Below are positions 45,325-59,554 of a DNA stretch of 64,000 bases, one piece after another (the stretch's first letter is position 1; each line of letters starts with the position of its first letter). The stretch lies in NCBI RefSeq assembly GCF_009914755.1, contig NC_060933.1; one strand, given 5' to 3'. A program made the position numbers and the translations under genes. The notes under the pieces are model-generated. The model was not told where the DNA came from. It did not search any database and worked only from the letters and a program-made list of their open reading frames with translations. The stretch is from the human T2T-CHM13v2.0 reference genome, Homo sapiens.

Positions 45325-46249
45325 TTATTTACTGGAATCCAACTTCTTTGGCTAAGTTTTGTTGGGAAAAATTAGCTATTGCTGACTGCTTGTGAGAAGA
45401 AACCATTGTTTATATTGTATGGTGCAATAAGTCCAGAGTAACTTCAGGGATCCCTAGGCTAGTTGGCTGTGGTTTTAGAACTCAGCTTAGTTACGACACC
45501 AGCTGTTGAAAATCCATTGCCTGGTTAGCCCTGATTCCTCAGCAATTCTTACTGGGAAAAGGGAACTTGGTGTACACTCACCTGGTCTTTTCCATTTAGC
45601 AAGGATCTGCCAGAGGATACTGCTGAGGTCTCCAATCCTTCAACACCCAACCTACAGCCTCTTTCTTACAGAAGAAAAGGAGATGGGGGATCACATGTTT
45701 CGTTTAAAGGAATACAGATAACAACCTGATAGACATTGCCCGTTTGAGGGGAGAAACTCTCTCTCCTCTCTGTGTGAACACAGTGTTACCACTGACCTCA
45801 TGTGTATGTTTCTCTTTCTGGGGGGAAGAAAACATAAATTATGTAAATTGTCATCTGCCAGATAGGAATGCAACCTTCTTTGTTCTTTGTAGAGTATTTG
45901 TCTGACAAATGGCAAATAGCCAATATTTACACATTCTGCAGGTCCGGAGAGGACCTAGCATGGAGTTCAAGTATTGATGTTAAGATCTTGTTTTAGAAAT
46001 TAAGCAGAAATGAAACAGAAATCTAATTCTAGCTTTGGTTGTTAGGGGACCATTTTTATTTCAGTTCTTCCTCTTAATACTCTGCCCTTTGCTTTTCCTC
46101 TCTGGTCTGTGGGAAGGATTCATTTCATATTTATCCTTACCAATTTATTAATAGCTTTAATATCTTGTTAGTTTATATTTAGACAGCTTTTGAACACTTA
46201 TTTTATGTGCATGTAGTCCTCTGCATCTTCTGCAATTTATTAAATACAC

Positions 46250-46284
46250 TCATCATCATCCTCCTCCTCCTCCTCCTCCTCCTC
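46250..46284. repeat. (CAT)n(CCT)n microsatellite
   Basis: CATCATCATCCTCCTCCTCCTCCTCCTCCTCCT. Confidence 0.9.
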
Positions 46285-47306
46285 TTTGGTGTTGGTTATA
46301 AGTGACTTATTGCACACCTCATAAGGGATCATATCCCACGGGTGAGTTACAACACTGTGATTGAGAATCACTGTTACCTATACCACAATTTAGTCTGAAA
46401 CACTTTGATCATGACAGTCTACTGCTAGGATTTTTCTCAGTGACTCTAAAGCCAGTACATGTCTTGTTCAGGCCTTCATCCCTCTGCGCATCTGTCCCTG
46501 CCCTGTCTCCAGGCATGGCTCTCCCATCCCTGCTTGTATACTCCCCTGCCCGCCTACCATTTCCCACTCCCCTGTGCTGGTCAAGGCCCAGCAGAGAGCC
46601 TCCCTCTTCTGCAGTGACTCTTCTATTATCCTTCTACACTGAAGCCACATGGTGTTCAGGGGCAGACAGCTAACTTAACAACCACGTTACCCACTCAGGT
46701 GCTTTCTCATGACTTCTGAATTAGACCACAAGGTCAATGAAGGCAGAGACCAAGTCTCAGACCCCATAACTCCCAGGACACATCTGCAGAGCGTTGACTT
46801 TGGTGTTAGAAAGGTACATGCCCATTCTGCTGGTGTCATTTATTGAATACTTGCTACATTTCAGGAGCTGCTGCTTTTGATAATGAGAGCATCACTTTCT
46901 CTGTGTTCAGCACAGCTCTAGACACTTTACATATTTAACTTACTTAATCCTCACTATCCTATGTGATAGTTACTAATATTATCCCCATTTTGCATGTGAG
47001 GAACCTGAAGTATTGTGAGCTTAATAGGAATTTGAACATTCTCTTTTAACACTCATTCGCTGCACTTGGCCTCTCTTGAGCCTCACAGCAACCTAGTGAG
47101 GAAACCAAGTCACAAGGCTGGTAAATGTGAAAGGGGCCCTGTGTGCTTCAAACTCATTTTCTTTTTCACTATGCAGTATGGCTTTCCCAAGACTTCTTTA
47201 CTATCTGCTCTTAACTGTTAAACTGTGAAGACATCTGGTAACAGTCCTAAAATCAGCAGTTTACAGAACACTCGGTATTTGTTGCCTCTATCCAGGACAG
47301 TTCATC

Positions 47307-47783
47307 TGTACGTTGGCTTCCTATTGCTGCTGTAAAAAATTACCACAAACTTGGTGGCTTAAAACAACACAAACTTACTCTCTTATAGTTCTGGAGATCA
47401 GAAGTCCCAACTCAATCTCACCTAGCTAAATTCAGGGGAACCGCAGGCCTGCGTGCCCTCTGGAGATCAAGGGGAGGGTCTCTTTGTCTTTTCTGGCTTC
47501 TACAGGCCATATGCTTCCTTGGCTCATGGCCCCTTCCTCCATCTTCCTCCCACTGCTAATTCTGTCCCTTCATCCTCTCTCTCTGACTCAGACCCTCCTG
47601 CCTCCCTCTTCTAAGGACCACTGTGACTACCTCAAGCCTACCTGGATAATCCAGGATCATTTCCCCCTCTCAGAAGCCCTCATCACATCAGTAAAGACCC
47701 TTTTATGCACAGGGTAATGTGTTCACAAGTACCGGGGATTGAGATGAAGATATCTTCGGGGGCCATTGTTCAGCCCATCACCA
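47307..47783 (-). mobile_element. MLT1D-like solo LTR
   Basis: TTCCTATTGCTGCTGTAAAAAATTACCACAAACTTGGTGGCTTAAAACAACACAAA...GGGGCCATTGTTCAGCCCATCACCA. Confidence 0.85.
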
Positions 47784-48989
47784 CCTGCTATATTGTGAGT
47801 GAAGCACTTAGTCCCCACTAGCACAAGCTCCTTGAGATTGGGAACCTGTCTTCCACTACCCTTTTGCCTCTCTATATCTAATATATCAATGTATATATCA
47901 TATGCATCAATATTCCTTCATTTGTTTTTGTTCTAAAAATTAAATTGAAACAAGGAATTAAAGAAAAAAGGTGCTGAAGGGTTAAACTGAAAAGAATTGG
48001 TCCACTTTGAAACACAATTTATATTTCTCTATATTGCATATGTTTTATGTTCAAGATTGCGTCCACCCAACTGTACACACATGTTGCACACATCTGTGCA
48101 GAGACAGAAACAATTGCCACAATCTCTGGATCCCTGCCTTGCTTAAAACTGTGACAGTGTTGCCATTTCCCTCTAAACCTTTCTTAATCAGGGTCACAAT
48201 TGAAAATGCCTGCAGTTCAACTATGTAAAAAAGCATAAGGGAGAGGAGTCCCTGCTAGTGATACAAAGAAAAAGAGAATTTTAATGATAACTATAAATGC
48301 CTGAGAATTAAAGTTTTCATTTTCTAGATTTAAACATACATACATACCTTCAAGCAAAGACAAAAATACCTTTGGTTTGGATTAGAGAACTGAATTCTGG
48401 CAGAGTCACATAGTAATCAGTTTTGTTATATTCCAGTGACTAAAATGTAAATCCACATAAGTTAGAGGCTATATTTATTTAAAATTTTCTGTCCCAGGGA
48501 GGAAAAAACTCTTAGGATGTTTATCTCATTTTCAATAGTGTATTTCATAAGGAAATGGACACTTGATCCTATCTTTAGAGGCAGCAATAAACATAGCAAA
48601 ACAAATTGAAAGTCCAGCTTCACATGTGGTTGTTTTTGTTTGTATTTATTAGCAGGAAGTTCTTTGGCATAATTGCCCTGATTTTGATGGATGTGCAGCT
48701 GCTTGCTTCACACCATAACAAGAATGTAAAACCTTGAAGGTACAGTGTACACCCCTTGTACTTCCAGAGTCAAGAAAGCTTGCGACTAGATGAACAAGGG
48801 AATTCTAATCCCCAAAATGGCTGAAGTAAGACTTCTGTTCTCATTTTAATAATTATGTTTAGTAAGTGAGATTCCAGTTCTCATTTTTCTTTGTTTCTCT
48901 AGGCCCTAATTCAGTTTGGCTCAGCTATGACCTCGACTGTGTGCATAGCACCGTGTCTAACTGCCTTTGGGCTCCCTCAGTCTCACATG

Positions 48990-50060
48990 TTGCTAAGTTA
49001 CCTCAAACTCCAAAGGTCTAACACCAAGCTTAATACATACCTGCCTGCCACCCCTTCCCCCATTAACCTGGTCTTTCATCATTGATCATTATCAAGTAGG
49101 TGACACCACCATCTGTCCTGCTTTCTACCTGGAAACTTGAGCCATTATGAGCCTCACGCATCCTTCACGCTTTGTCAACATCTATACCCTATTTTATTCC
49201 ATCTTCTATATCTCCCCCACCACTCTCTTCCTTTCTAATCCCTCTCCTTACAATCAACTCATCAAACCCTTACAAACAGTCTTTTACTTGATCTCCTTGT
49301 CTCATCTTGCCTAACTCTCATCCAGTGTTTCCCAACTTGGTATTGATGATTCTTTACCACAGGTTCTCTCTTCAAGCCTTTAAAATATAAATATGCATAT
49401 AAATATGCACTGAGAACCCCTGCATAGGGTTATGATATGCAGTGTTACATAGACTTATTTTACCAGGAAGCCCTTTCTCCATGGCACACCTATTAATACC
49501 TCACAAAGCAGTATTGTTTGGAACTTACTGGCCTATGCTGCCTGAGTCATTTTCTACAAATTGGATCATGTTACCCCCTACTTTGAAACCCCTATTGATA
49601 CCTCATGGTTTTAAGATTATGTCCAGAGGCACTTCACCATGTGCTCCTAATCTAATGTCTCAGAATAATTTTCCACCTACTCTTCTTCATGGACCCAAAT
49701 GGTGCACCGTCTAAGGACTGCTCTGAGTCATCAGAACATGCCATGTCCCTTTGCACCTTCAGTGCGTACACACAATCTTGCTATGCCAGCATCCTCATCT
49801 CCCTGGAAACTGCTCATGTGTCACTGCTGTCTAGAGCTTCCCTAATTTTCCCAGAGAGATTTAATTGCACTCTTTGTTGTATTCCCTTTTTGTAAAACTG
49901 ATCACATTGTATAGTAAGTTTTTCTCCCTCACTGGACTGCAAATATCTGAGGCTTAGTAACCATTTTTTATAAATCCCCAGCATCCAATACAGTGCCTAG
50001 CACTCAGTGGGTACTCAATAAATGTTTGGTGAAAGAATGAATGAGTGAATGAAGAAACAA
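48990..50060 (+). mobile_element. L2 (3' part, interrupted by a MER-like insert at about 49323-49530)
   Basis: Ends ACAGTGCCTAGCACTCAGTGGGTACTCAATAAATGTTTGGTGAAAGAATGAATGAGTGAATGAA. Confidence 0.65.
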
Positions 50061-51305
50061 GTGAAGTGAGTTGGAAGTTGTAAGCAGAGTGCAGAGTCCA
50101 TTATGTTAAATGAAAAGTTGGCCTTACAAACAAAACATAAACATCACTTTGTGTTGGGTTCAATAATGTTAGTAAAAATATCAAGGAAATCAACTCAGCT
50201 CTCAGTAAATTAAACTACCAAGAAGAAACCAGAAATTTCAATACAGGCAGAATTTATTAATGTGCTTATCATGGGAAAATCTTTAAAAGTACAGGACACT
50301 TGGGCCATTGTATTTTTTGTGTAGAGACGTAATTGTTTTCCTTATTGTGTATTTTTTACTTTTCTTATAAAACGAACCCATGACCTCATATCATGAAACG
50401 TGTATGGCAGCTGGTATAAGCAATATAGATACTATTTTTCTTATGTATTTTGCTTATTACATATATTTAAAAATAATGCCCCTTACTGGAGATTTATCTC
50501 TTCATACTAGAATATTATTTTAAATGATGACTCATAAAGGCAAACATTTTTTATTTAATTTCATTAATTTTCTCTTGCCATTGCTCCTTTGGAAACATTT
50601 TTTTCTTTGCATCCTGCCTCTTGCATAAGAACCGTTGGCCTCACCGGGTCATCTTAGCACATTCACAAAGTCATCACAGACTTTGGAGCCTTGACTCCTT
50701 TCAAATTTCATCTTCTACAATTTTTTAAAATTTCTAAAAATGCCTTTCATCAATGCAAACACACTGAAGAAAATTTGAGAACACAGACAAGATAAGCATT
50801 TAGGAGCAAAATCCCTGACATTTACTCAGCTAGATGGCTGCCTCCCATACCTGGAGCGTCAGACTCTCCAGCAGAGCCCACACCTTCACTGGGTGAAACC
50901 CACTGCTGCCTTACTGCAAAGCAGCTTCTGGCTAATGATAAAACAGCCTGATAAAAGGTAGATGATCAGCCCATCAGCTGGATGCCTGTTTTACATCTTT
51001 TTAACATCTGGATTTGGAGCTCTTTTGCTCATCCAATCATCAATTCAACAAACATTTATGAAGTGCATGCTCTTTGCCAGATACTCTACTAGGCTCTGGG
51101 GAATATAAAGATGAATGAATTCCCTTTCCTCAAAAGACTCATAATCCTGTGTGCATGCAGGGAGGGAGAGGAAAATAGCGGGCACATAAACAATGAGCCC
51201 TTATAGAAGAGATAAGATACCCTTCTAGGTCAGGGTGGGTTGGAGGTGATTTGTTTGCCAAAATGCAGAGGGGTTGGAGGAGGCTTTAATGAAGAAGTGG
51301 CCTTT

Positions 51306-53476
51306 AAAAAAAATACCTATTTTAAATTAATTCTTGTGGGTAATAGTATATGTATTTATGGGGTACATGAGATGTTTTGATACAGGCATGCAATGTGAAA
51401 TAAGTACATCTTGAAGAATGGGGCATCCATCCCTTCAAACACTTATCCATTGAGTTACAAACAACCCAATTACACTCTTTTTAAGTTTTTTTTAATCTAC
51501 AGTTATTATTGACTATAGTCACCCTATTGTGCTATCAAATAGTAGGTCTTATTCTATTACATATTTTCATACCTATTATCCATCCCACCCTCCCCCTCAG
51601 CCCCTCACTACCCTTCCTAGTCTTTGGTAACCATCCTTCTTCCGCTCTCTATGTCCATGAGTTCAATTGTTTTGATTTTTAGGTCCTGCAAATAAGTGAG
51701 AACATGTGATGTTTGTCTTTCTGTGGCTGGCTTATTTCAGTTAACATAATAACCTCCAGTTCCATCCATGTTGTTGCACATGACTGGATCTCATTCTTTT
51801 TATGTTTGAATAGTACTCCATTGTGTATGTGTACCACATTTTCTTTATCAGTTAATCTGTTGATAGACACTTAGGTTGCTTCCAGATCTTAGCTATTGTA
51901 AAGAATATATACACTGCAACAAACACAGTAGAGCAGATATCTCCCTGATACACTGATTTCCTTTCTTTTGGGTATATACCCAGCAGTATGATTGCTAGAT
52001 CATACGGTAGCTCAATTTTTACTTTTTTAAGGAAACTCCAAGCTGTTCTCCATAGTGGTTGTACTAATTTACATTCCCACCCACAGTGTATAAGGGTTCC
52101 CTTTGGTCCACATCCTCTCCAGCATTTATTATTGCCTGTCTTTTTGATAAAAGCCATTTTAACTGGGGTGAGGTGATATCTCATTGTAGTTTTGATTTGC
52201 ATTTCTTTGATGATCAGTGATGCTGAGCACCTTTTCATATACCTGTTTGCCATTGTGTCTTCTTTTGAGAGATGTCTAGTCAGATCTTTTGCCCATCTTT
52301 TGATTATTAGATTTTTTTCCTACAGAGTTGTTTGAGCTCCTTATATATTCTGGTTATTACTCCCTTGTCAGGGTAGTTTGCAAATATTTACTCCCATTCT
52401 GTGGGTTGTCGCTTCACTTTGTTGATTGTTTCCTGTGCTGTGCAGAAGCTTTTTAACTTGTGATTCCATTTGTTCATATTTGCCTGTGCTTGAGGGGTAT
52501 TGCTCAAGAAATTTTTGTCCAGACCAATGTCCTGGAGATTCCCCCAATTTTTTTTTGTAGTAGCCTCTTTGTTTGAGGTCTTAGATTTAAGTCTTTAATT
52601 CATTTTATTTAATTTTTGTATATGGCAAGAGATAGGGGTCTATTTTCATTACTCTGCATAGAGATATCCAGTTTTCCAAGCACCATTCATTGAAGAAACT
52701 GTCTTTTCCCCAGTTTATGTTCTTGGCACCTTTGTTGAAAATGAGTTCACTGTAGCTCTGTAGTTTTGTTTCTGGGTTCTCTATTCTATTCCATTGGTCT
52801 ATATGTCTGTTTTCATGCCAGTACTATGCTATAGCTGGTACTATTGCTCTGTATTATAATTTGAAGTCAGATAATGTGATTCCTCCAATTTTGTTTTGTT
52901 TTGTTTTGTTTTGCTTAGGATAGCTTTGGTTATTCTGGGTCTTTTGTGGTTCCATATGAATTTTAAGATTGTTTTTCTATTTCTGTGAAGAATGCTTTTG
53001 ACATTTTGACAGGGATTGCACTGAATCTGTAGATTGCTTTGGGTAGTAAGGGTATTTTACCATATTGATCCTTCCAATCCATGAACATGGAATATTTTTC
53101 CATTTTTTGATGTTCTCTTCAATTTATTTCATCAGTGTCTTAAACTTTTCATTATAGGGATATTTCACTGCTTTGGTTAATTCCTAGTATTTAAATTTTG
53201 TGTGTAGATATTATAAGTGGAATTACTTTTTAAATTTCTTTTTCATGTTGTTCACTGTTGAACATAGAGAAATACTGATTTTGGTATGTTGATTTTGTAC
53301 CCTACAAATTTACTGAATTTAAATTTCTTTACCAGTTCTAATAGTTTTGTTGTGGAGTCTTTAGGTTTTTCCAAATATAAGATCATATCATCTGCAAACA
53401 AGGATAATTTGACTTCTTTCTTTCCAATTTGGATGCCATTTATATCCTTCTCTTGTCTTACTGCTCTAGCCAGGAC
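51306..53476 (-). mobile_element. 5'-truncated L1MA (MA1-3-like) inserted in an L2
   Basis: ORF2 C-terminal peptides on the - strand ([13 protein letters not shown]; [15 protein letters not shown]) and an L1MA-type 3' end. A 14-bp TSD AAGAAGTGGC(C/T)TTT lies at 51292-51305 and 53477-53490. Confidence 0.9.
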
Positions 53477-54689
53477 AAGAAGTGGCTTTTGAGCTGGACC
53501 TTCAAGCACATCTTGGAAGTCTCTGGGTGAACAAAGAGCTGGCAGGCATTGCTCATGGACTGAATGACATGATCAAAGGCAGAGCAGAGAAGGTGTCTGT
53601 GTGCCCAGGAAAGGGCAAATTGTCCACTGTAGCTAAAGCATGGGCACATGACAGTATGTCAAGGAATGGGCTGGAAAGCTCCATGCAGATCAAAGTGAAG
53701 GGCATTGTCAGGAGTCTAGACTTTATCTTCTTACCATTGATAATATCCTAAAAGCTTTATGTATACATCAAAATTGTAAATGACAATTTTTTAAAACTTT
53801 TCTTGCAGCTGTTTTATCAACATGTTGTTACATACCTATATACTGTTGGAGGTCTGTGCCTTAAATCAAGTCCTATCTGCAAACTGATAACCCAGTTGTG
53901 TTATTTTCAATGAGTAATCACTCTATAGTACAATTTTATTACATCTATACCCTTGAAATAAGACAACTTATGTTCATTATCTACTTCCTCAATTTGAAAG
54001 AGAGAGAAAATTAACCTACATTTTTCTTTATTGCCAAATTCACTAAGAAACTCTAACTGAACAGCTTGAATCTGAGAACTGTTCTTATTTAACTACTTGT
54101 TTATTGTGGAGCATTTATCAAATTGAACAGAAGCTATGTGCTTCATAAAAATATTTAGAAAAAAGAAAACTTCAGCCACTACCCATTGAAGAGATCCATA
54201 CTCCTACAAATTCAGCATCACTAGTGAAGTATCTAAAATGTCAATCACTGGGTAACAGAAACTTTGGGAGCATGTTCTTTATGTCTGAAGGACTCAATAG
54301 GACCCATGAGGAATCTGAGTGTGAATTATAATCAAAGGATTAAATGAAAAGTGGCTTGATGTCGTTTTGAGGTTTAGGAGATAATAATTTTATGAACCAG
54401 CTATTATTTCTCTCAGAGAAAAAAAATACACTGCATTTTCAACAGTGTAAATATTTATGAATCATATCAAAACACCATATACTCCCAGAACTTATTGTAA
54501 AATGTCACTCCACTGTTCAGCTCATACCCTGACCACTTCCTTACTGGGAAACAAACAAATAATTAATTTTAAAAGAAGGAAAAGGAGAGAGCATGTGTAA
54601 GAAAGAAAACTAGAGGTGGATTCATTCAATCCTAATGTTTATTATTAAAGATGTAATGATATACTGGGGAAAAGTTTTAAGTGAAATTC

Positions 54690-55390
54690 TCAAACACTTA
54701 ATATGAGCAACAACAGAAGCAAAATCTCTTCCTTCATAGAGCTAATGGTCTAAATGGGTGATAATTTCTGAAAATATGAGAGCTATTATAAAAAATAAAA
54801 TGAGGTAATGGTGATAGAGACTGCTTTGACTACTCTAGGTAGGAAGGTTAGGGATGGCCTCTCCACACAGCTGAGAATGGAATTGAACCTGGATTATTCA
54901 AGAGACTCAGCCACATGAAGATCTAAGAGAAGAATGGTGCAGGTAGAGAGAACAGCAAATGCGAAGGCCCTGTGGGAGAAACAAGCTTGACATGTTTGAG
55001 GAACAAAACAACAAAAAAAAAGTCTGGCTGGAGTACACAGGGAAAGGGGGGGTGTCGTAAAAGATAAGATTACAGAGGTGTACAACGCTTCTCTTGCTCT
55101 GCTATACATTCACCTAGCTAGAACCATGCTTGGTTCATGATTGGCATTTAATAAATTTATGTGGAATGAATTAATAAAGTTGGAAGGATTTAAGCTAGAC
55201 AATGTCTAAGTTCCACCAGGGCAGGAACCAGAATCTGTAGCGGTTTGCAGGGCAGGGTTAGAGGAGTATAGATTATATTCTCATTGCAAGGGAACGTCAT
55301 TGGAGGGTTTTAAGCATGGAAATTGTGTGATCACATTTATGCTTTGAAAACGTCACTCTTGCTATGGTGTGGAGAATAGAGTGTAGAGAA
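54690..55390 (-). mobile_element. L2 fragment with internal insert
   Basis: AGAGAACAGCAAATGCGAAGGCCCTGTGG...CATTGGAGGGTTTTAAGCA...CACTCTTGCTATGGTGTGGAGAATAGA. Confidence 0.7.
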
Positions 55391-55478
55391 GACAATATGG
55401 GGTTTCCAACAGGAGGAAGGAACTCTTTTTCAAATGATCACATTTGAGTGTATCATCTATATCCTGCTAGAAACGCTA

Positions 55479-55855
55479 TTTCTTAGTCCATTCCGGCTGC
55501 TAAAACAAAATACCATAGACTGAGTAGCTTATCAATGACAGAAATTTATTTCTCACAGTTCTGGAGGGTAGAAAGTCCAAGGTCAGGGTGCTGGCAGATT
55601 CGGTGTCTAGTGAGAACCCTCTTTCTGGTTCATAGATGGTGCTCTGTAGCTGTGTCCTCCACATGATGGAAGGGGCAAGGCAGCTCTCTGGAACCTCTTT
55701 TAGAGGATACTTATCCCATTCTTGAGGGTTCCACCGTCATGACCTAATCATCTCCCAAAAGTCCTCACCCCTAATACTATCACCTTGGGAGTTAGGATTT
55801 CAGCGTGTGAATTTAGGGGAGTGGCAGGGAGGACACAGACATTCAGACCAAAGCA
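55479..55855 (-). mobile_element. MLT1A/MLT1A0 solo LTR
   Basis: TCTTAGTCCATTCCGGCTGCTAAAACAAAATACCATAGACTGAGTAGCTTA...GGACACAGACATTCAGACCAAAGCA. Confidence 0.88.
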
Positions 55856-57839
55856 CCAATAAAAGGCAAGAGATGATGGATTATGGTATGCTGATTTCTT
55901 ATTTATTTTAGAAGTATAGCTTATATGTTTTGTAAGTAAACCTGACCTTATTTGGCCATGACTTGGATGTCAGGGGAAGGGTGGTAAAAAAAAGGAAAAA
56001 CTCAGGGGCCAAAGTTTTTGTCCTGGATGTGGCACAATTAAATGAATGGGGAAGACTGAGAGAGAAGTAGGTTTGGGATGAGGTTGGAAGGGCAGTATTA
56101 AGAGTTCCATTTTAGGCATGTTTAATTCAAGATGCCTATTTGCATTTAAGTGGACATGTTGAGTAGGCATAGGGGAGAGGTCAGAGCTTAAAATTAAAAT
56201 TTTTGATTTATCAGCACAAACTTGTTTCTTTCCAACAATTGTGGTTTCAGAAAAATTACAATAAGTTCATGGAAGAATCTTAGTAATTCACAGAATGGAA
56301 AGTATTGTGGAGAATATAGTCCCCAAATTTGGCAAATCCTTAGGAGTCAGTAATCCACGTGGTTAGTTGGCTACTTATAAAAAGAAAGAATGAACAAGAA
56401 AAGTTTAGAACTGATCTGATTATAGTATAACTTGTTGGTTCGATGTAAGAATTTGACAGCAGTAAGAGAAGGTCGAACCTAAAAAATCATGCAAAACACT
56501 GTAAAACTAAATTTAAAACCTTAGTTATCCATAGCAACAGGATTATTCTAGATAAATGGAATTCTTAGCCACTAATTTAAATTTCTCCTAAGTACCAACT
56601 TCAATTCAATGCCACAGACATTTATTGAGAACATTCACAGGAGGCATTATTCTAGGCAGTGCGGGTACAAAATTAGTTAAAGAAGTGAAATCCTTTAATG
56701 TCTTATTGAATTGCTACCAAATGAGGGCTAAAATTAAAATTTGCTTCTTCAATACAGAAGAGCCCACAGAGTCACTGAAATGAGCCACAAAGAAGACAAA
56801 GGCTTAGGCCAGTTACTTGAATCATTAGCTCTGAGACCATAGATTTTGTTCTTAATCAAGCCCAAACGACACACTAGAAAAGCCCTTAGAAGGAGCTGGT
56901 AGGACTTGTAATGAGTAACAGGTGGTCTAGCTTCATGGCATTGTCTAAGAGCTATGTTTAAATGTTGCCTCTCAGAAATCAGAGTTTAGGGAGAACTCCT
57001 TAAATTTTCCAGGGTCACTAGAATATAGATGAACTACTTTAAATTCTACTCTCCAACCTGAATCATGGGCTGGCTCCTGCCAGTCAGGGATGGTCACAAG
57101 AGTGGAAGCTAAGAATTGAATGGCAAAGCCCAGTTGGGTGAAAGAGTAAGACCAGGCTCTTGGCAGGCTTGGTGCTGATCAGGCTGGGAGCCCTCCTCAT
57201 GAAGCAACGGTCACACTACCCTCCATTGGGTCTGCAAGCACGCAGGAGTTGCTACAACCACGGAGGAGAGAAGCTGAGTTTGGACTTTTTCTCCAGCTGC
57301 GTCCAGAGCATGGTGTCCAGTAGGAGCTTAGCAAATGTTGCAATGAATGGCAATAAACAAATTCTAGCCCCTGTGTGGCCTTCATTGGATTGTTTACCTC
57401 TCTGAGCCTCAGCTTTTTTTTTTTTTTTTTTTTTCTGTAAAGTGGAAATAAGACCTAGCTTGTAGGGTCATTTCACATTTTTTGTTAGCCTTCAATGCTT
57501 CAATGGGTTGATCCCAGCACTAAGAAAATACATCCTTTTTCCTAGGGGACTCAATTATTTTTTTAAATTTGAAATGAAAAAAATAAAGGTTTCTCACCAT
57601 TGATTTTAATAATTTAAAAGACTCTAAGACTAAAAGGCTTAACTAGACAAAGTTGATTGCTTTTCTAACATCATTATCCACTAGCTCTGTGACCTCAAGC
57701 CATTCACAACTGCAAACAAAAGGCATGTTTGCTCCGGTGGGGTCCAAACAACCACTGGTCGTAACAGAGACCTCTCTGGGTCCCGGATTTTCCTTTCCAT
57801 GTTTATTACCATTGGGTATGGTGAGAGAACATTCATTTG

Positions 57840-58062
57840 TAGAAGTGGTTCTAAGCCCTGGAGACACAATAGAATTATCTGGGGAAAAATTACTTGGAAG
57901 AAGATTATACCGATATCTTTCTTAAAAACAAAACAAAAACTGGTACCTGGGACCCACATCCCAGAATATCTGATTTGATGGGTCTGAAGTGAGGCCCAGG
58001 CATCGGTACTTTTTAAAAGCTCCCCAGGAGACCTTGAGGTGCATGCAAGGTTGAGACCACTG
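57840..58062. mobile_element. MER5A-like hAT element
   Basis: AGTGGTTCTAAGCCCTGG...GGCCCAGGCATCGGTACTTTTTAAAAGCTCCCCAGG...GGTTGAGACCACTG. Confidence 0.75.
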
Positions 58063-58397
58063 AGTAAGAAGGTGAAAGCTGGGCTGCAGCTATGTTCTGA
58101 CTGTACCCAAGGACACTGGTATCACCATCATAACCTTGACTGCCGGCAAAAAACCCCATAGCCATTCTGAGTACAACTTACTAAACAAAGACCAACGTGA
58201 GTTCTGAGAGGGGCACTCCTCCAGCAAAGCAGGTACTTCAGCACAAACTCTCACGCTTTTTAAAACCAGGCTTGATCTCTCAGCAAGCCCAAAGGCAGCA
58301 AGCTAATGACAAGAAACTATTCTGGAAGAAATCAGCAGGCTCCCTAAAATTTTACAATAAAATATCCCCACCACAGAGTAGTCGTGGGTTGAACTCT

Positions 58398-58855
58398 TAG
58401 CTAGGGTTATGTCAGACTGAAAGTGATAGAAAACCCAAAATAACATTGGCTTTAAAAAGATAGAAAAGTCTTCCTCTCTCACATAAACACAGACAGTCCA
58501 GAGCAGATATGGTGGTTTCACAGTCAGGAAGCCAGGCTTCTAACTTTTTGTTTGTGACAGCCCAAGATGGAAGCTTACATTTCAGACATCACGTTCACAT
58601 TCCAGCCAGCAGCGAGGAGAAAGAGAAGGGAAGAGATGCCACACCATCTTTTTGGGCACTTCCCTGAAAGCACACACAACCCTTCCGTTTATATCCCATC
58701 GGCCAGCATCAAGTCAAATGGCTGTGTCTGTCTTCAAGGGAGATTGACAAATATAGTCTTTATGCCGAAATGTGGTATGCCCAGTGAAAAGCTGGGGACT
58801 CCTTTGCTCTGAAAAGGAAGGGACATATATTTGAAAATAGCCAACAGTCTGTGCT
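58398..58855 (-). mobile_element. Old MLT1 (J/K-like) LTR
   Basis: AGAAAACCCAAAATAACATTGGCTTTAAAAAGATAG...CATCACGTTCACATTCCAGCCAGCAG...AACAGTCTGTGC. Confidence 0.6.
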
Positions 58856-59554
58856 TCAGGGGGCCTCCCTCCCACTTCATGCCCCTGGATCATAACTATT
58901 CAGTTACATGTAAACAATGTTTTATTGGGGTTCCTCTGAAAACCACTGACATGAGGCCATTTTTCTTGCATCCCAAATTTCAGTGGCTCTGGCTCCCACT
59001 GCCCTAAGAAATCATCAGTCCTGCAAGAAGAGTATTCCAGGGGGGTCCTTAAGAAAACCAGACCCTAAATCTAATGCCCATTCCGTGTGGTAGAGTGCCT
59101 TCACTTAGAGAAAGGGCTGTCTTTTCTGCAAATTAATTCCTCCAGATTTATACTGATGGCGGGAGCTCTCTCCTGTTCATTCTGGAAGCAGCACAGATTA
59201 TTTTCCCTGGATCGTAAATATGCTGAACACTCTATTATACTAACCTTTTAAACCAGTTGTCTTGGATGGGACTGCAAATCATAGTTCAGGAGCAACTTTC
59301 TAAGATTTAAAGGCCCCAGAAATTCCTGGATGCTCTAGTTAAATACCTGGGATTAAGAGTGGAGAGGGTAGATCTTGCTACAAAATTCATCTCAAAGAGA
59401 AGAAACAAAATCCTTTGGGCCGATTCCTGGTTTTTCTTCTTCTTCTGGATTTTTTTTTCTTCCTTTACTCTGCCAAATTAAGATAAGAATTAGCAGTCAG
59501 ACTGCCTTCCCATATTGGGTCTACTTTTTCTTCTTTCCTTCTTTCTTTCCCCAG

